Origin: Minisyncoccota bacterium
GTDB taxonomy: Bacteria > Patescibacteriota > Microgenomatia > UBA1400 > UBA12028
DNA length: 60,361 nt
NCBI GenBank assembly: GCA_003487265.1
Contig: DNEP01000010.1
Coordinates: forward strand, 1-60,361
Direction of reading: 5' to 3'
Position numbers and translations under genes: made by a program. Positions within the stretch are counted from its first letter, which is position 1, and every line of letters begins with the position of its first letter. Shown here in pieces: positions 1 to 10,493 of the stretch. Under the pieces are notes generated by a model, which had not been told where the DNA came from, did not search any database, and saw only the letters and a list, made by a program, of their open reading frames with translations.

Positions 1-72
1 GAGCGGGTGAAGGGAATCGAACCCTCGTCTCATCCTTGGGAAGGATGCATTCTGCCATTGAACCACACCCGC
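1..72 (-). tRNA. tRNA-Gly(CCC), 3' end clipped by window edge
   Basis: Reverse complement GCGGGTGTGGTTCAATGGCAGAATGCATCCTTCCCAAGGATGAGACGAGGGTTCGATTCCCTTCACCCGCTC folds as a cloverleaf; anticodon arm CATCC-TTCCCAA-GGATG. Confidence 0.95.
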
Positions 73-125
73 AACGCTTCAAATAATCGAGCAATGAGGT
101 AGTTTAACACATCAACGCAGATCAA

Positions 126-488
126 TCATTCAATTGGAATTTCGAGTTCGACTCCAGCAACCATCGCATCGGGATTGTGAATTTTTTCTTTATTTTGTTC
201 GTAAATCAGGACCCACTTGTTGCCATCACCGTAGTATTTTTGTGCGATGTTCCAAAGGGTATCGGATGCTTCTGTAATATGAACTCTGCCAGAGGGTGTT
301 GTGGTAGTATCACCTGCGGATTGGGTTGTGGTCTGATGAACTTCAATCAATCCCGATTTGAACTTGAGAAACTGAGAAAAGATCGCATACCCAACGGCTC
401 CTAGGGCGATACATCCCAAAAAAATGCTCATCACATCTTCGCGTGATTTAATCTGATAAAGAATAGAAGTTAGTGTTGATCGTTTCAT
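126..488 (-). CDS. Membrane-anchored LysM peptidoglycan-binding protein
   Basis: N-terminal hydrophobic helix; C-terminal LysM motif DTLWNIAQKYYGDGNKWVLIYEQNKEKIHNPDAMVAGVELEIP. Confidence 0.85.
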   Translation of the reverse strand: MKRSTLTSILYQIKSREDVMSIFLGCIALGAVGYAIFSQFLKFKSGLIEVHQTTTQSAGDTTTTPSGRVHITEASDTLWNIAQKYYGDGNKWVLIYEQNKEKIHNPDAMVAGVELEIPIE

Positions 489-491
489 GTA

Positions 492-567
492 TGGCGAGCC
501 CGATCGGATTCGAACCGACGATCTTCTCCGTGACAGGGAGACATGTTAACCACTACACCACGGGCCC
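492..567 (-). tRNA. tRNA-Asp(GTC)
   Basis: Reverse complement GGGCCCGTGGTGTAGTGGTTAACATGTCTCCCTGTCACGGAGAAGATCGTCGGTTCGAATCCGATCGGGCTCGCCA; anticodon GTC; encoded CCA. Confidence 0.96.
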
Positions 568-690
568 CGAATCTCTGCATTGTATCAAAAAAAGGTTCGG
601 TTCGCAAAATGAACTCGCTCTTGACATCTAGCAGAAGAATATATAGACTGCTAAGTATTAGTTCAGCTGTGCAGAAAATTGAGGAGGCTC

Positions 691-1278
691 ATGAATTCAC
701 TTTTTTTGGTTTTTGCAGTTCTCGCAGGAGTGGTGTTGTATGTGATTTCTTTATACAACTTGTTTCAAACACTCAAAACGCGCATTAAGGCATCCATCCA
801 AGAAATTGGAAACCAGTTAAAAAGACAGTCTTCGCTCATTCCAAACCTTGAAGCGTCGGTAAAGGCTTCTTTTTCTCACGAAACTGGCATTTTCAAATTG
901 TTGTCTGAGGCGCGGGCTTCATCAGCAAAAGCCGTTCGATCGGGTAGTCTTGCGGATTCCGAGGTGGCGATCGATCAAATTCAAAAATTGGTTCCCGCAA
1001 TGAATGTGCTTGTCGAGAGCAATCCTCAAATGCAAGCTCAGGCATCCTTAACGCAGTTTATGAATGAGCTTCGTGATACTTCGGATAAACTGATGTACAG
1101 CCGACGTATTTTGATTGATCTCTCTCAAGAGTACAACATGAAACGCATGACATTTCCCAGCAATCTGGTTGCACAGGTGTTTGGATTTGGTGAAGAAAAA
1201 GGACTCGCAGGTATGGAATCCGGTTCTCATCTTGAAGTTACGCAAAAAGACACTGAAGATGTGAAGGTTTCATTATAA
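691..1278 (+). CDS. lemA: LemA family protein
   Basis: N-terminal TM, YNxF, QLKRQSSLIPNL, VESNPQM, FPSNLVAQVFGF motifs; GAGGAGG SD at 681-687 before ATG 691; adjacent to htpX. Confidence 0.92.
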   Translation: MNSLFLVFAVLAGVVLYVISLYNLFQTLKTRIKASIQEIGNQLKRQSSLIPNLEASVKASFSHETGIFKLLSEARASSAKAVRSGSLADSEVAIDQIQKLVPAMNVLVESNPQMQAQASLTQFMNELRDTSDKLMYSRRILIDLSQEYNMKRMTFPSNLVAQVFGFGEEKGLAGMESGSHLEVTQKDTEDVKVSL

Positions 1279-1299
1279 ATTCGTAAATCTAGTTCAGGT

Positions 1300-2202
1300 A
1301 TGCAAACCTATTATCATCTTGTTGATGCAAATAAACGATCCAGTATCATCGTTGTCGCGGGTTTTATGCTGTTTGTTGCTGTGGTGACCTGGATTTTTTC
1401 TCAGGCGATGGGGTATGGGTTAGAGACGGTTGGGGTTGCACTAATTTTTTCTGGACTGGGAAGTCTTTTGTCTTATTATTTTTCCGATCAAGTGATTCTC
1501 ACAATTAGTGGCGCACGACCTGCTTCTCGGCAAAACGATTTTCATTTTTATACCGTCACCGAAAATCTCTGTCTAGGTGCGCATCTTCCGCTCCCAAAGT
1601 TATATGTCATTGAAGACTCAGCGATGAATGCGTTCGCAACTGGTCGCGATCCCAAACACGCCGTGGTGTGCGCAACGACCGGCTTACTTCAAAAATTGAA
1701 CAGGACACAACTTGAAGGTGTTATTGCACATGAGCTTTCGCATATTCGCAACTACGACATGCTTTTGATGTCTCTTGTGAGTGTGTTGGTTGGCCTCATT
1801 GCGTTGTGCGCTGACTGGTTTCTTCGCATTGGGGGAAGGGTTCGATCCAGTCGGGATCGTGACGCAAATCAACTACAGATTGTTTTTTTCATAGTAGGCG
1901 TGGTGATGGCACTTCTTTCCCCGATCATCGCACAACTCATTCAGCTAGCGATTTCACGCCGACGAGAGTTTTTGGCAGATGCGTCCGCGGCCGCCATGAC
2001 AAAATATCCCGAAGGTTTAGCCTCTGCACTCGAACTTTTGGCGACGGACACCGAACCTTTGGAAGCGGCGAATAAGGCCACGTCACATTTGTACATCGTA
2101 AATCCTCTAAAAAATCATTATGATGCGGTAGGGTGGTTTGCACATATGTTTGCGACACATCCTCCAGTTGCCGAACGAATTCGCGCGTTGCGCGCGGTGT
2201 AA
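1300..2202 (+). CDS. htpX: Zinc metalloprotease HtpX (M48)
   Basis: NAFATG, AHELSH (HExxH), SRRREFLADA, FATHPP motifs. Confidence 0.95.
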   Translation: MQTYYHLVDANKRSSIIVVAGFMLFVAVVTWIFSQAMGYGLETVGVALIFSGLGSLLSYYFSDQVILTISGARPASRQNDFHFYTVTENLCLGAHLPLPKLYVIEDSAMNAFATGRDPKHAVVCATTGLLQKLNRTQLEGVIAHELSHIRNYDMLLMSLVSVLVGLIALCADWFLRIGGRVRSSRDRDANQLQIVFFIVGVVMALLSPIIAQLIQLAISRRREFLADASAAAMTKYPEGLASALELLATDTEPLEAANKATSHLYIVNPLKNHYDAVGWFAHMFATHPPVAERIRALRAV

Positions 2203-2252
2203 TCTCGATTTCCTCTAGATATTTAAAATCCTCGGTGGTATATTCATCAAAT

Positions 2253-2558
2253 ATGAACTCACATGCGCTCGACGAAAAAATGGTGGAAACGCTTGGGAGT
2301 ATGGCGAAAATTCCATTAACCGTCGCACAAAAAAAACGTTTCGCGTCAACATTGAGCACGATTGTGCAGTACATGAACAACTTACGATCACTTGATTTAT
2401 CCTCGATTCATAGTGAGACGCGTCCAACCGATCTGGAAAATATTTTTCGTGAAGATGTAATAGAACCATCACTTTCCCAAGCTGAAGCGCTCGCACATGC
2501 TATGTCGGAAGATGGATACATTCTTGCTCCATACGTATTTGGAGGAGACGATGCCTAA
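2253..2558 (+). CDS. gatC: Asp/Glu-tRNA amidotransferase subunit C
   Basis: LENIFREDVIEPSLSQAEALAHA...DGYILAP motif; precedes gatA; start moved to ATG 2253. Confidence 0.85.
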   Translation: MNSHALDEKMVETLGSMAKIPLTVAQKKRFASTLSTIVQYMNNLRSLDLSSIHSETRPTDLENIFREDVIEPSLSQAEALAHAMSEDGYILAPYVFGGDDA

Positions 2559-3978
2559 TCAAACGAAGATTATGGATCATTCGATTCGCGACATCCTGCA
2601 CATGATCCGTGAAAAACAGGTTTCTCCAAACGAGTTACTTGATGAGGCATATCAAAACATCCATCAAGTACATGAACAACTGAACGCATTTATCACTATT
2701 CAAGAAAAAGAGCGTGCTGTTCGCGAAATTCAAAAACACGAGCAGGATCATGCTGTTTTTTTTGGACTCCCATACTCGTTGAAAGATGCGTACTGCACAA
2801 AAGACATACGCACGACATCCGCGAGTGCTGTGCTTCAAGATTTTACTCCACCCTACAGTGCAACGGTGTATGAAAAACTGCAACACACGGGTGCGGTGCT
2901 TGTGGGAAAAAATAACCAAGATGCATGGGGTCATGGGGGATCAACAGAAAACACCGATTTTGGTCCAACAAAAAATCCGTGGAATCTTTCGTGTATTCCT
3001 GGGGGATCAAGTGGTGGCTCTGCTGTGGCAATCTCCACGCGCATGGTTCTCTTTTCTATTGGCGAAGATACGGGTGGATCAATCCGCAGTCCCGCCTCAA
3101 TGTGTAATATTTCAGGATTGAAGGTAACCTACGGTCGCGTTTCACGTTATGGAACGATCGCGTACGCGTCATCACTGGACACGGTTGGTCCAATGGCAAA
3201 GTCTGTTGACGATCTCGCATTCGTACTAAAAGAAATTGCTGGAAACGATCCACACGATCTCACGTCTTCACCACTTCCTGTTCCCGATTATCCGACATTG
3301 ATTCAACGTGACGTGAAAAAGATGCGCATCGGGTTGCCGAAAGAGTTTTTTGGTGAAGGATTAACTGATGAAGTGCGCGCTGTTGTTGATCAAGCAATCA
3401 AGGCGTTCGAACGTCTTGGAGTTGAGTTTGTGAACGTTTCTATGCCATATGTATCGCTTGGGGTTTCGATTTATTATTTAATCGCTCCAAGTGAAACAAG
3501 TTCAAACTTAGCAAGATATGACGGAATTCGATATGGCCAAGATCGATCGAACTTTACTGAAGAAACAATTCGACGTATTTTACTTGGAACCTACGCACTT
3601 TCTGCTGGATATGCCGACGAACTGTACAAAAAAGCACAAAAAGCCCGAGAAATTCTCATTGAGGAATATCGCGAGGCATTGTCGCATTGTGACGCGCTTC
3701 TTGCGCCTGTTACGCCCAGTAAACCGTCGAGAATTGGCGAGCTTTTGTCGGATCCCATGCGAAACCTACTTGAAGATCTCTACACCGTTACCATCAATTT
3801 GGCAGGCGTCCCAAGTCTTGCGATTCCTGCGGGATTTTCTTCAGATAAACTTCCGATTGGAATTCAACTGATTGGGAAACCTTTCGATGAACTCACCCTC
3901 TTGCAACTCGGAAATGCATTTCAACAAGCCACGAACTGGCATACAGAAAAACCACCTCTTTTGGAGCAACACCCATGA
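2551..3978 (+). CDS. gatA: Asp/Glu-tRNA amidotransferase subunit A
   Basis: Amidase signature PGGSSGGSA, DTGGSIRSPA, SSNLARYDGIRYG; GGAGGAG SD before ATG 2551. Confidence 0.96.
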   Translation: MPNQTKIMDHSIRDILHMIREKQVSPNELLDEAYQNIHQVHEQLNAFITIQEKERAVREIQKHEQDHAVFFGLPYSLKDAYCTKDIRTTSASAVLQDFTPPYSATVYEKLQHTGAVLVGKNNQDAWGHGGSTENTDFGPTKNPWNLSCIPGGSSGGSAVAISTRMVLFSIGEDTGGSIRSPASMCNISGLKVTYGRVSRYGTIAYASSLDTVGPMAKSVDDLAFVLKEIAGNDPHDLTSSPLPVPDYPTLIQRDVKKMRIGLPKEFFGEGLTDEVRAVVDQAIKAFERLGVEFVNVSMPYVSLGVSIYYLIAPSETSSNLARYDGIRYGQDRSNFTEETIRRILLGTYALSAGYADELYKKAQKAREILIEEYREALSHCDALLAPVTPSKPSRIGELLSDPMRNLLEDLYTVTINLAGVPSLAIPAGFSSDKLPIGIQLIGKPFDELTLLQLGNAFQQATNWHTEKPPLLEQHP

Positions 3979-5285
3979 CCTATTTTCCAATCATCGGTTT
4001 AGAAATTCACGTTGAGTTGAAAACAAATTCAAAAATGTTTTGTGGATGCAAAAACGATCCGTTTGGTGCAGGAAAACCAAACATTTATACTTGTCCTGTT
4101 TGCTTAGGAATGCCTGGCGCTCTTCCACGTACAAATAGAAAAGCGGTGGAATGGACGCAACTTCTCGGTTTGGCGCTTCACTGCAATCTCGCAACACAAT
4201 CTAAATTCGATCGGAAACATTATTTTTATCCAGACCTTCCAAAGGGATATCAAATCTCACAATACGATCAACCGTTATGTGAAAACGGATATATCGACAC
4301 CAGTGTTGGTCGAATTGGAATTCGTCGTGTTCATCTGGAAGAAGACACCGCGAAAATGCAACACATTCTCGTGCACGGCACACGAACATCATGCATTGAT
4401 TTTAATCGATCAGGTGTTCCATTAGTTGAAATCGTGACAGAACCTGATATTCGTTCCCCGCAACAAGCCCGTGAGTACGCAAAAAAGATTCAGGAAATTG
4501 TTCGAACACTTCACATTAGCGACGCCGATATGGAAAAAGGAAGTATGCGATTGGAAGCCAATATTTCGCTTTCAACCGATGGAAAAACACTTCCCGCGTA
4601 TAAAGTTGAGGTCAAAAACATCAACTCATTCCGATTTTTAGAAAAAGCATGCACATTCGAACTCGAGCGACATGAAAAACTGCTCACTCAAAACGCGGTG
4701 CCTGTTCAGGAAACTCGAGGGTGGAGCGAATCAAAAAATGGAACTGTTTCGCAACGATCGAAAGAAAATGCTGAGGATTATCGCTACTTTCCCGAACCCG
4801 ATCTTCCCCCAATGAGATTTTCCGATGAAGATTTTGAAAAAATTCGTGCTCAACTTCCCGAGCTACCCGAAGATGCGATTTCTCGTTATATTTTGGCAGG
4901 AATTCCAGAAAACATCGCGCGGACAGTTGCCCAAAATCGGTCTTTTGCGGGAGTGATCGATGCATTGCTCGTTTCTTCTCACAAAAATATGGTTGTTTCG
5001 GTGGCACAAGCGATCGTGAACAAAAAAGTGCTTGTTGAAGGAAAATCTGCTGATGTTGTTGTCGCAGAAGTTACTGCGTTTTCAAAAAACGATGAGATTT
5101 CTGAAAGTAATCTTCAAACAGCTGTTCATGCTGTGATTGAGGAACAGGAAAAAGCGGTGGCCGATTTTCGTTCGGGGAAACAACAAGTGTTAGGCTTTCT
5201 CGTAGGAATGGTGATACGAAAACTTGGGAAAAAGATCGATGCAAAAACGGTTGCTGAAAAACTGCACTCAGCGATTCAAGCGTAA
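3975..5285 (+). CDS. gatB: Asp/Glu-tRNA amidotransferase subunit B
   Basis: IGLEIHVEL, FDRKHYFYPDLPKGYQISQ, DYRYFPEPDLPP; ATGA overlap with gatA. Confidence 0.97.
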   Translation: MTYFPIIGLEIHVELKTNSKMFCGCKNDPFGAGKPNIYTCPVCLGMPGALPRTNRKAVEWTQLLGLALHCNLATQSKFDRKHYFYPDLPKGYQISQYDQPLCENGYIDTSVGRIGIRRVHLEEDTAKMQHILVHGTRTSCIDFNRSGVPLVEIVTEPDIRSPQQAREYAKKIQEIVRTLHISDADMEKGSMRLEANISLSTDGKTLPAYKVEVKNINSFRFLEKACTFELERHEKLLTQNAVPVQETRGWSESKNGTVSQRSKENAEDYRYFPEPDLPPMRFSDEDFEKIRAQLPELPEDAISRYILAGIPENIARTVAQNRSFAGVIDALLVSSHKNMVVSVAQAIVNKKVLVEGKSADVVVAEVTAFSKNDEISESNLQTAVHAVIEEQEKAVADFRSGKQQVLGFLVGMVIRKLGKKIDAKTVAEKLHSAIQA

Positions 5286-5314
5286 ACAAGCAGAATCTGA
5301 TACGATACTCGCGT

Positions 5315-8300
5315 ATGTCGTTTGTTCACCTTCATGTTCACACTGAATATTCACTGCTTGATGGATTGTGCAAGATTCCAAAACTTTTAGCGCGCACAAA
5401 AGAGCTCGGTCAACCCGCAGTCGCAATGACTGACCATGGAAATTTACATGGTGCAATTCATTTTTATAATTACGCAAAAGAATACGGTATTAAACCAATT
5501 ATTGGAATCGAGCAGTATGTGGCCGCACAATCGCGACTCGACAAACAACCGCGCATGGGTGCGGATCAATTTCATCTTTTGCTTTTGGCTCAAAATTTTG
5601 CTGGATACAAAAACCTTCTCAAGCTATCCTCATTTGCTCATCTGGAAGGATTTTCGTATAAACCACGCATCGATTTTGAGTTATTACAAAAATATAACGA
5701 GGGATTGATTGTCACAACGGGGTGTATGGCAAGTCAATTTTCAAAATTGATTATGGAAAATCGAAAAGATGATGCAATCGCACTGATGAAACAGTACCTT
5801 GAAGTTTTCGAGGGGCGATTTTTTATCGAGATTCAACGGCACGATGCGATTCCTCAAGTACAAGATCTCACAAAACAACTCGTTTCGATCTCGCGAAAAC
5901 TGGGAATTCCTCTCGTGGCAACCAATGATGTGCACTACATCAATCAAGACGACGCGGAGGCTCAGGATGTTTTGCTCGCCGTTCAAATGCGAAAAACGGT
6001 TGACGACAAAGATCGCATGTCTATGCTTGACTCTCCTGATTTTTACTTGCGATCAACCGAAGAAATGGAACAGCTCTTTGCGGAGTATCCCGAAGCAATT
6101 GAGAATACCGTAAAGATTGCCGACATGTGCAACGTTGAAATTCCAATTGGCAAATGGATCTTACCCGTGTTTCCCCTTCCCGCAGGAGAAACATCGGAAT
6201 CACTTTTTGAAAAAATGGCAAATGAAGGCCTCCGGAAAAAGGTTGGCGAAGTAACCGAAGAGATGCAAAAACGATTGGATTATGAGCTTGGAATTATTTC
6301 AAATAAAGGATTCGCAACGTACTTTCTGATTGTGCAAGACTTTGTAACTTGGGCAAAAAATCAGGGCATTTATGTTGGCCCAGGGAGAGGATCCGCAGCG
6401 GGATCACTGGTCGCGTTTTCACTTAACATTACCACAATGAATCCGCTCGTCCATAATCTTCCTTTTGAACGATTCATGAATCCGCAACGACCCACGCCTC
6501 CCGACATCGATATGGATTTTGCTGATGTTCGTCGAGAAGAAGTGATTAAGTACGTTACGCAACGGTATGGGGAAGACAAGGTCGCGCAAATCATCACGTT
6601 TGGAGCGATGGAATCTCGCGCAGCGGTGCGTGATGTTGGTCGCGCATTGGGAATGCCATATAGCGAACCTGATATTATCGCAAAACTCATTCCGCAAGGC
6701 GCCTCCATTTCCGATGCGCTTCAGAATGTCCCCGAGTTGCGCGAGTACTACAAACAACAGAAGTTTAAAAAGTTGCTTGATCTCAGCATGAAGGTTGAAG
6801 GAAATGTTCGACACAGCAGTGTTCACGCCGCGGGACTTGTGATTTCGGATAAGCCGTTGATGGAGTACACGCCGATCATGAAAGATGCGAAAGAAGGGAA
6901 GATTGTCACGCAATATGACATGAAAGCACTTGATAGAAACGTGAGTGATTTGGCAATTGGATTACTCAAAATGGACTTCTTGGGGTTACGAAACCTTTCC
7001 ATCCTTGGCGAAGCGGTGAAGATTGTGCAACAACAAACCGGCGAACACATTGATCTCGTACAAATTCCTTTAGACGATCCTCACGTATACACCATGCTTT
7101 CGAGCGGAGAAACAACGGGAGTGTTTCAACTTGAATCCGCAGGAATGCGCCGTGTTGCGCGTGCGTTGAAACCGTCAACGTTTAGTGACATCACCGCTAT
7201 GGTCGCGCTATACCGTCCTGGGCCAATGGATCTGATCAACGATTTTATCGAAGGAAAACACCACCCATCGTCCGTGAAATATCCACATGAAGATCTGAAG
7301 CAAGTCTTGCAGGAAACCTACGGGATCATGGTGTATCAAGAGCAGGCATTGCAGGTCGCGCATGTGATGGCGGGATACTCTTTGGGAGAAGCCGATATCT
7401 TGCGCAGGGCAATTGGGAAAAAGAAAATCGAGATTATGAACGAGCAACACAAGGAATTCATCAATCGATCGATGAAGTTGGGTTACGCAAAAGACGTTGC
7501 CGATAAAGTTTGGAGTTATATTGAAAAGTTCGCGGATTATGGGTTTAACAAAGCTCACGCGGCGAGTTATGCAATGGTCGCATATCAAACGGCGTACATG
7601 AAGGTAAAGTTTCCTGTTGAGTACATGTGCGCGGTGCTTTCGATTGAGTCTGCTTCAGGTAGTGCGTCTTCAGAAGATAAGGTGTATATGGGTATCCAAG
7701 AATGTAAACGCATGAACATTGCGCTACTCACTCCCGATATCAATTTGTCATCTGCGGAGTTCACTTTAGAAAATAATGAACACTCGATGAACAAGAAAGC
7801 GATTCGATTTGGATTCAATGCGATTAAAAATGTGGGATCTTCGGCTATTCAAGCAATCTTAAACGCCCGAGGAGACACTCTTTTCCATGGAGTCATGGAT
7901 TTTCTGAGTCGATGTGACTTAACAAAAGTGAACAAAAAAGTGATGGAGTGTCTCGTAAAAGCAGGTGCGTTTGATGCTTTTTCCAATCGCGCCTCAATTC
8001 TTGAACAGTTTGAAAGCATAAAAACAAAAATCCAAGCGCTGCCGGATGCACAAGACGGTCAAACTGGGCTATTTTCTGCATCACATCAACAACTTCAAGA
8101 TACCTTTTTGCAGATTGAAGAATACCCCCAAGCGGAACTCCTTTCATTTGAAAAAGAGTTATTCGGTTTTTACTTAACAGAGCATCCACTGGCTTCCGCA
8201 CTTCAGTACGTTTCAAAATACGCAACAAAAAAGATTGACGATATCGATCCTCACATGCATAACGGGACGATTGTGTGGATTGGCGGAATTGTGGAAACTT

Positions 8301-8749
8301 GGAGAACCGTTGTAACCAAAAAATCGGGTAAGGCGATGGGGTTTGGCACTATTAGTGATGGAACAGGCCAACTTGAATTTGTTGTTTTTCCCTCAACATA
8401 TGAAAAACATCAAGCCAGCCTAAAAGCGGACACAGTGTTGTTGTTAAAAGGAAAAATTGAGGAACGAGAAGAAAAAGTCACGTTAATTGTCGATACCATT
8501 CGTATTCCCGATATTGATGATGACATTTCACAATCAGATGAAAAATCTGCGTTTGAACTCATCATTCCTAGAGGAACAACAAAAGAAATCCTGCTCTCAC
8601 TTGGAAAAGTTCTTCGAGCACATCCAGGAAAAGACGCGTTAATTTTACTCATTCCCAACGGAGCGGAACCCAAACGCATGAAGCTTCCGTACACTGTTGA
8701 GTGGAATGAGTCGCTACAATCCGAAGTTGCACAGATATTACAGGCGTGA
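5315..8749 (+). CDS. dnaE: DNA polymerase III alpha subunit
   Basis: PHP domain HLHVHTEYSLLDG, GPGRGSAAGSLV, PDIDMDF, FNKAHAASY, C-terminal OB fold. Confidence 0.98.
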   Translation: MSFVHLHVHTEYSLLDGLCKIPKLLARTKELGQPAVAMTDHGNLHGAIHFYNYAKEYGIKPIIGIEQYVAAQSRLDKQPRMGADQFHLLLLAQNFAGYKNLLKLSSFAHLEGFSYKPRIDFELLQKYNEGLIVTTGCMASQFSKLIMENRKDDAIALMKQYLEVFEGRFFIEIQRHDAIPQVQDLTKQLVSISRKLGIPLVATNDVHYINQDDAEAQDVLLAVQMRKTVDDKDRMSMLDSPDFYLRSTEEMEQLFAEYPEAIENTVKIADMCNVEIPIGKWILPVFPLPAGETSESLFEKMANEGLRKKVGEVTEEMQKRLDYELGIISNKGFATYFLIVQDFVTWAKNQGIYVGPGRGSAAGSLVAFSLNITTMNPLVHNLPFERFMNPQRPTPPDIDMDFADVRREEVIKYVTQRYGEDKVAQIITFGAMESRAAVRDVGRALGMPYSEPDIIAKLIPQGASISDALQNVPELREYYKQQKFKKLLDLSMKVEGNVRHSSVHAAGLVISDKPLMEYTPIMKDAKEGKIVTQYDMKALDRNVSDLAIGLLKMDFLGLRNLSILGEAVKIVQQQTGEHIDLVQIPLDDPHVYTMLSSGETTGVFQLESAGMRRVARALKPSTFSDITAMVALYRPGPMDLINDFIEGKHHPSSVKYPHEDLKQVLQETYGIMVYQEQALQVAHVMAGYSLGEADILRRAIGKKKIEIMNEQHKEFINRSMKLGYAKDVADKVWSYIEKFADYGFNKAHAASYAMVAYQTAYMKVKFPVEYMCAVLSIESASGSASSEDKVYMGIQECKRMNIALLTPDINLSSAEFTLENNEHSMNKKAIRFGFNAIKNVGSSAIQAILNARGDTLFHGVMDFLSRCDLTKVNKKVMECLVKAGAFDAFSNRASILEQFESIKTKIQALPDAQDGQTGLFSASHQQLQDTFLQIEEYPQAELLSFEKELFGFYLTEHPLASALQYVSKYATKKIDDIDPHMHNGTIVWIGGIVETWRTVVTKKSGKAMGFGTISDGTGQLEFVVFPSTYEKHQASLKADTVLLLKGKIEEREEKVTLIVDTIRIPDIDDDISQSDEKSAFELIIPRGTTKEILLSLGKVLRAHPGKDALILLIPNGAEPKRMKLPYTVEWNESLQSEVAQILQA

Positions 8750-8760
8750 TAGCATACGCT

Positions 8761-10425
8761 ATGCCACAAAAATATTCCCCAAAATTCGTCTTTGTATCAG
8801 GTGGAGTCCTTTCTTCTTTAGGAAAAGGCATCACAACTGCATCACTCGCATTGTTGCTTCAATCTCGCGGATATCGCGTCACCATTGTGAAATGCGAAAA
8901 CTATCTCAACATCGATTCCGGTCTTATTAATCCGATCGAACATGGCGATCCGTTCTTATGTGATGACGGAACCGAAGCCGATATGGATCTGGGAACCTAC
9001 GAAAAGTTTCTCAACAAAAACATGGGGAAGCTCAACTTTATTACGCTAGGTCAAATTTACAAAGCGGTGATTGATCGGGAACGAGCCTTTGGGTACAAAG
9101 GGGAGGATGTGGAGATGCCTCACGTGTGTGAGGAAATCATTTCTCGAATTACGGACGCTGGGAAACAAGAAAACGCCGATATCATTATCACTGAGTTGGG
9201 AGGAACCGCGGGTGAGTATTTAAATGTGCTCTATTACGAATCCGCACGTATCCTTCGATATCGAAACGAAGAAATGGTGCTTCATGTTCACGTGAGTTAT
9301 CTTCCAACGCCTTCGCATATCGGTGAACCAAAAACCAAACCAACGCAACTTTCTGTCCAACGATTGAACGCAATGGGAATTCAACCAGATTTTATTGTCG
9401 CACGATCCAAAAATCCAATGGACGAACGCCGCCGTGACCGATTTGCGTTTTTCTGCAATGTACGGCCTTCGCACATTATTTCTGCACCAGATATGCCAAG
9501 TGTGTACGAAGTCCCTCTGTTATTTGCTGATCAAAAACTCGATGAACTTGTGCTTAAAGAGCTTAAATTACCCAAACGAAAACTCGAGATCTCCGCTTGG
9601 AAAGCAATGGTGAAAAAAATTCAAAAACCGCGTCTCAAAAAAGTGACGATTGGGATTGTTGGAAAGTATCTTGCAACGGGAACGTACCAGCTCATTGATT
9701 CATACGCCGCTCTGCACGACGCGTTAATGCATGCATCTGCCGAGGTAGGGGTTGAGATGGAGATTGACTGGATTAATGCCGAAAAACTTGAAAAACTCGA
9801 TAAAAAGAAACGATTTGAGTCGCTTTCTCACCTTTCGGGTGTCATTGTTCCAATTGGATGGGGTGCTCGGGGAGTCGAGGGAAAAATCGATGCCGTCGAG
9901 TTTGCTCGCGAGCAACGTGTTCCGTATCTCGGGCTGTGCTACGGAATGCAGTTGGCGGTGGTTGAGTTTGCCCGTCACGTAGCAGGGTTTCTTGATGCAA
10001 ACACGCAAGAAGTTGATCCTGACTCAAAACATCAGGTGATCCATATGATCCCAGATCAACAGCGCATTTTGGAAAATCGCGCTTACGGAGGTACGATGCG
10101 CCTCGGGAAATGGGAGTGTAAAGTTGAACCTAACACCGTTGCCTCAAAGATATACCAAAGTAACCGCATTTGGGAACGCCATCGCCATCGGTACGAATTT
10201 AATGACGCGTATGCGGATATTTTAGAAGAAAAAGGACTCATTATTTCGGGGCGATCGGTGAAAGAGAACCTCGTTGAAATGATCGAACTCCCCGCAAATG
10301 CGCATCCTTTCTTTTTCGCAACACAAGGCCACCCAGAATACAAGTCGCGGCCTCTTCAGCCGCATCCCGTGTTTGTTGCATTTATGGATGCCTGCGTAAA
10401 AAAAGCGGATCCTACGCCAAAATAA
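8761..10425 (+). CDS. pyrG: CTP synthase
   Basis: GGVLSSLGKGI, KTKPTQ, GLCYGMQ, ERHRHRYE, QGHPE motifs (alternative GTG start 8746). Confidence 0.97.
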   Translation: MPQKYSPKFVFVSGGVLSSLGKGITTASLALLLQSRGYRVTIVKCENYLNIDSGLINPIEHGDPFLCDDGTEADMDLGTYEKFLNKNMGKLNFITLGQIYKAVIDRERAFGYKGEDVEMPHVCEEIISRITDAGKQENADIIITELGGTAGEYLNVLYYESARILRYRNEEMVLHVHVSYLPTPSHIGEPKTKPTQLSVQRLNAMGIQPDFIVARSKNPMDERRRDRFAFFCNVRPSHIISAPDMPSVYEVPLLFADQKLDELVLKELKLPKRKLEISAWKAMVKKIQKPRLKKVTIGIVGKYLATGTYQLIDSYAALHDALMHASAEVGVEMEIDWINAEKLEKLDKKKRFESLSHLSGVIVPIGWGARGVEGKIDAVEFAREQRVPYLGLCYGMQLAVVEFARHVAGFLDANTQEVDPDSKHQVIHMIPDQQRILENRAYGGTMRLGKWECKVEPNTVASKIYQSNRIWERHRHRYEFNDAYADILEEKGLIISGRSVKENLVEMIELPANAHPFFFATQGHPEYKSRPLQPHPVFVAFMDACVKKADPTPK

Positions 10426-10455
10426 CAAAATTCCTACAAACTCAGGCTTCACCGC

Positions 10456-10484
10456 TTGTCAGCCCGACAAACCTCTGATAGAAT
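10456..10484 (+). promoter_or_regulatory. Sigma70-type promoter of rplS (-35 TTGTCA, extended -10 TGATAGAAT)
   Basis: TTGTCA 10456-10461, 17 nt spacer, TAGAAT 10479-10484, ATG 9 nt downstream with no SD. Confidence 0.6.
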
Positions 10485-10493
10485 GCATCTCCT

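Noticed and set aside
5315..8749. Intein or intron in dnaE
   Set aside because: Length is normal (1144 aa) with no splicing motifs seen
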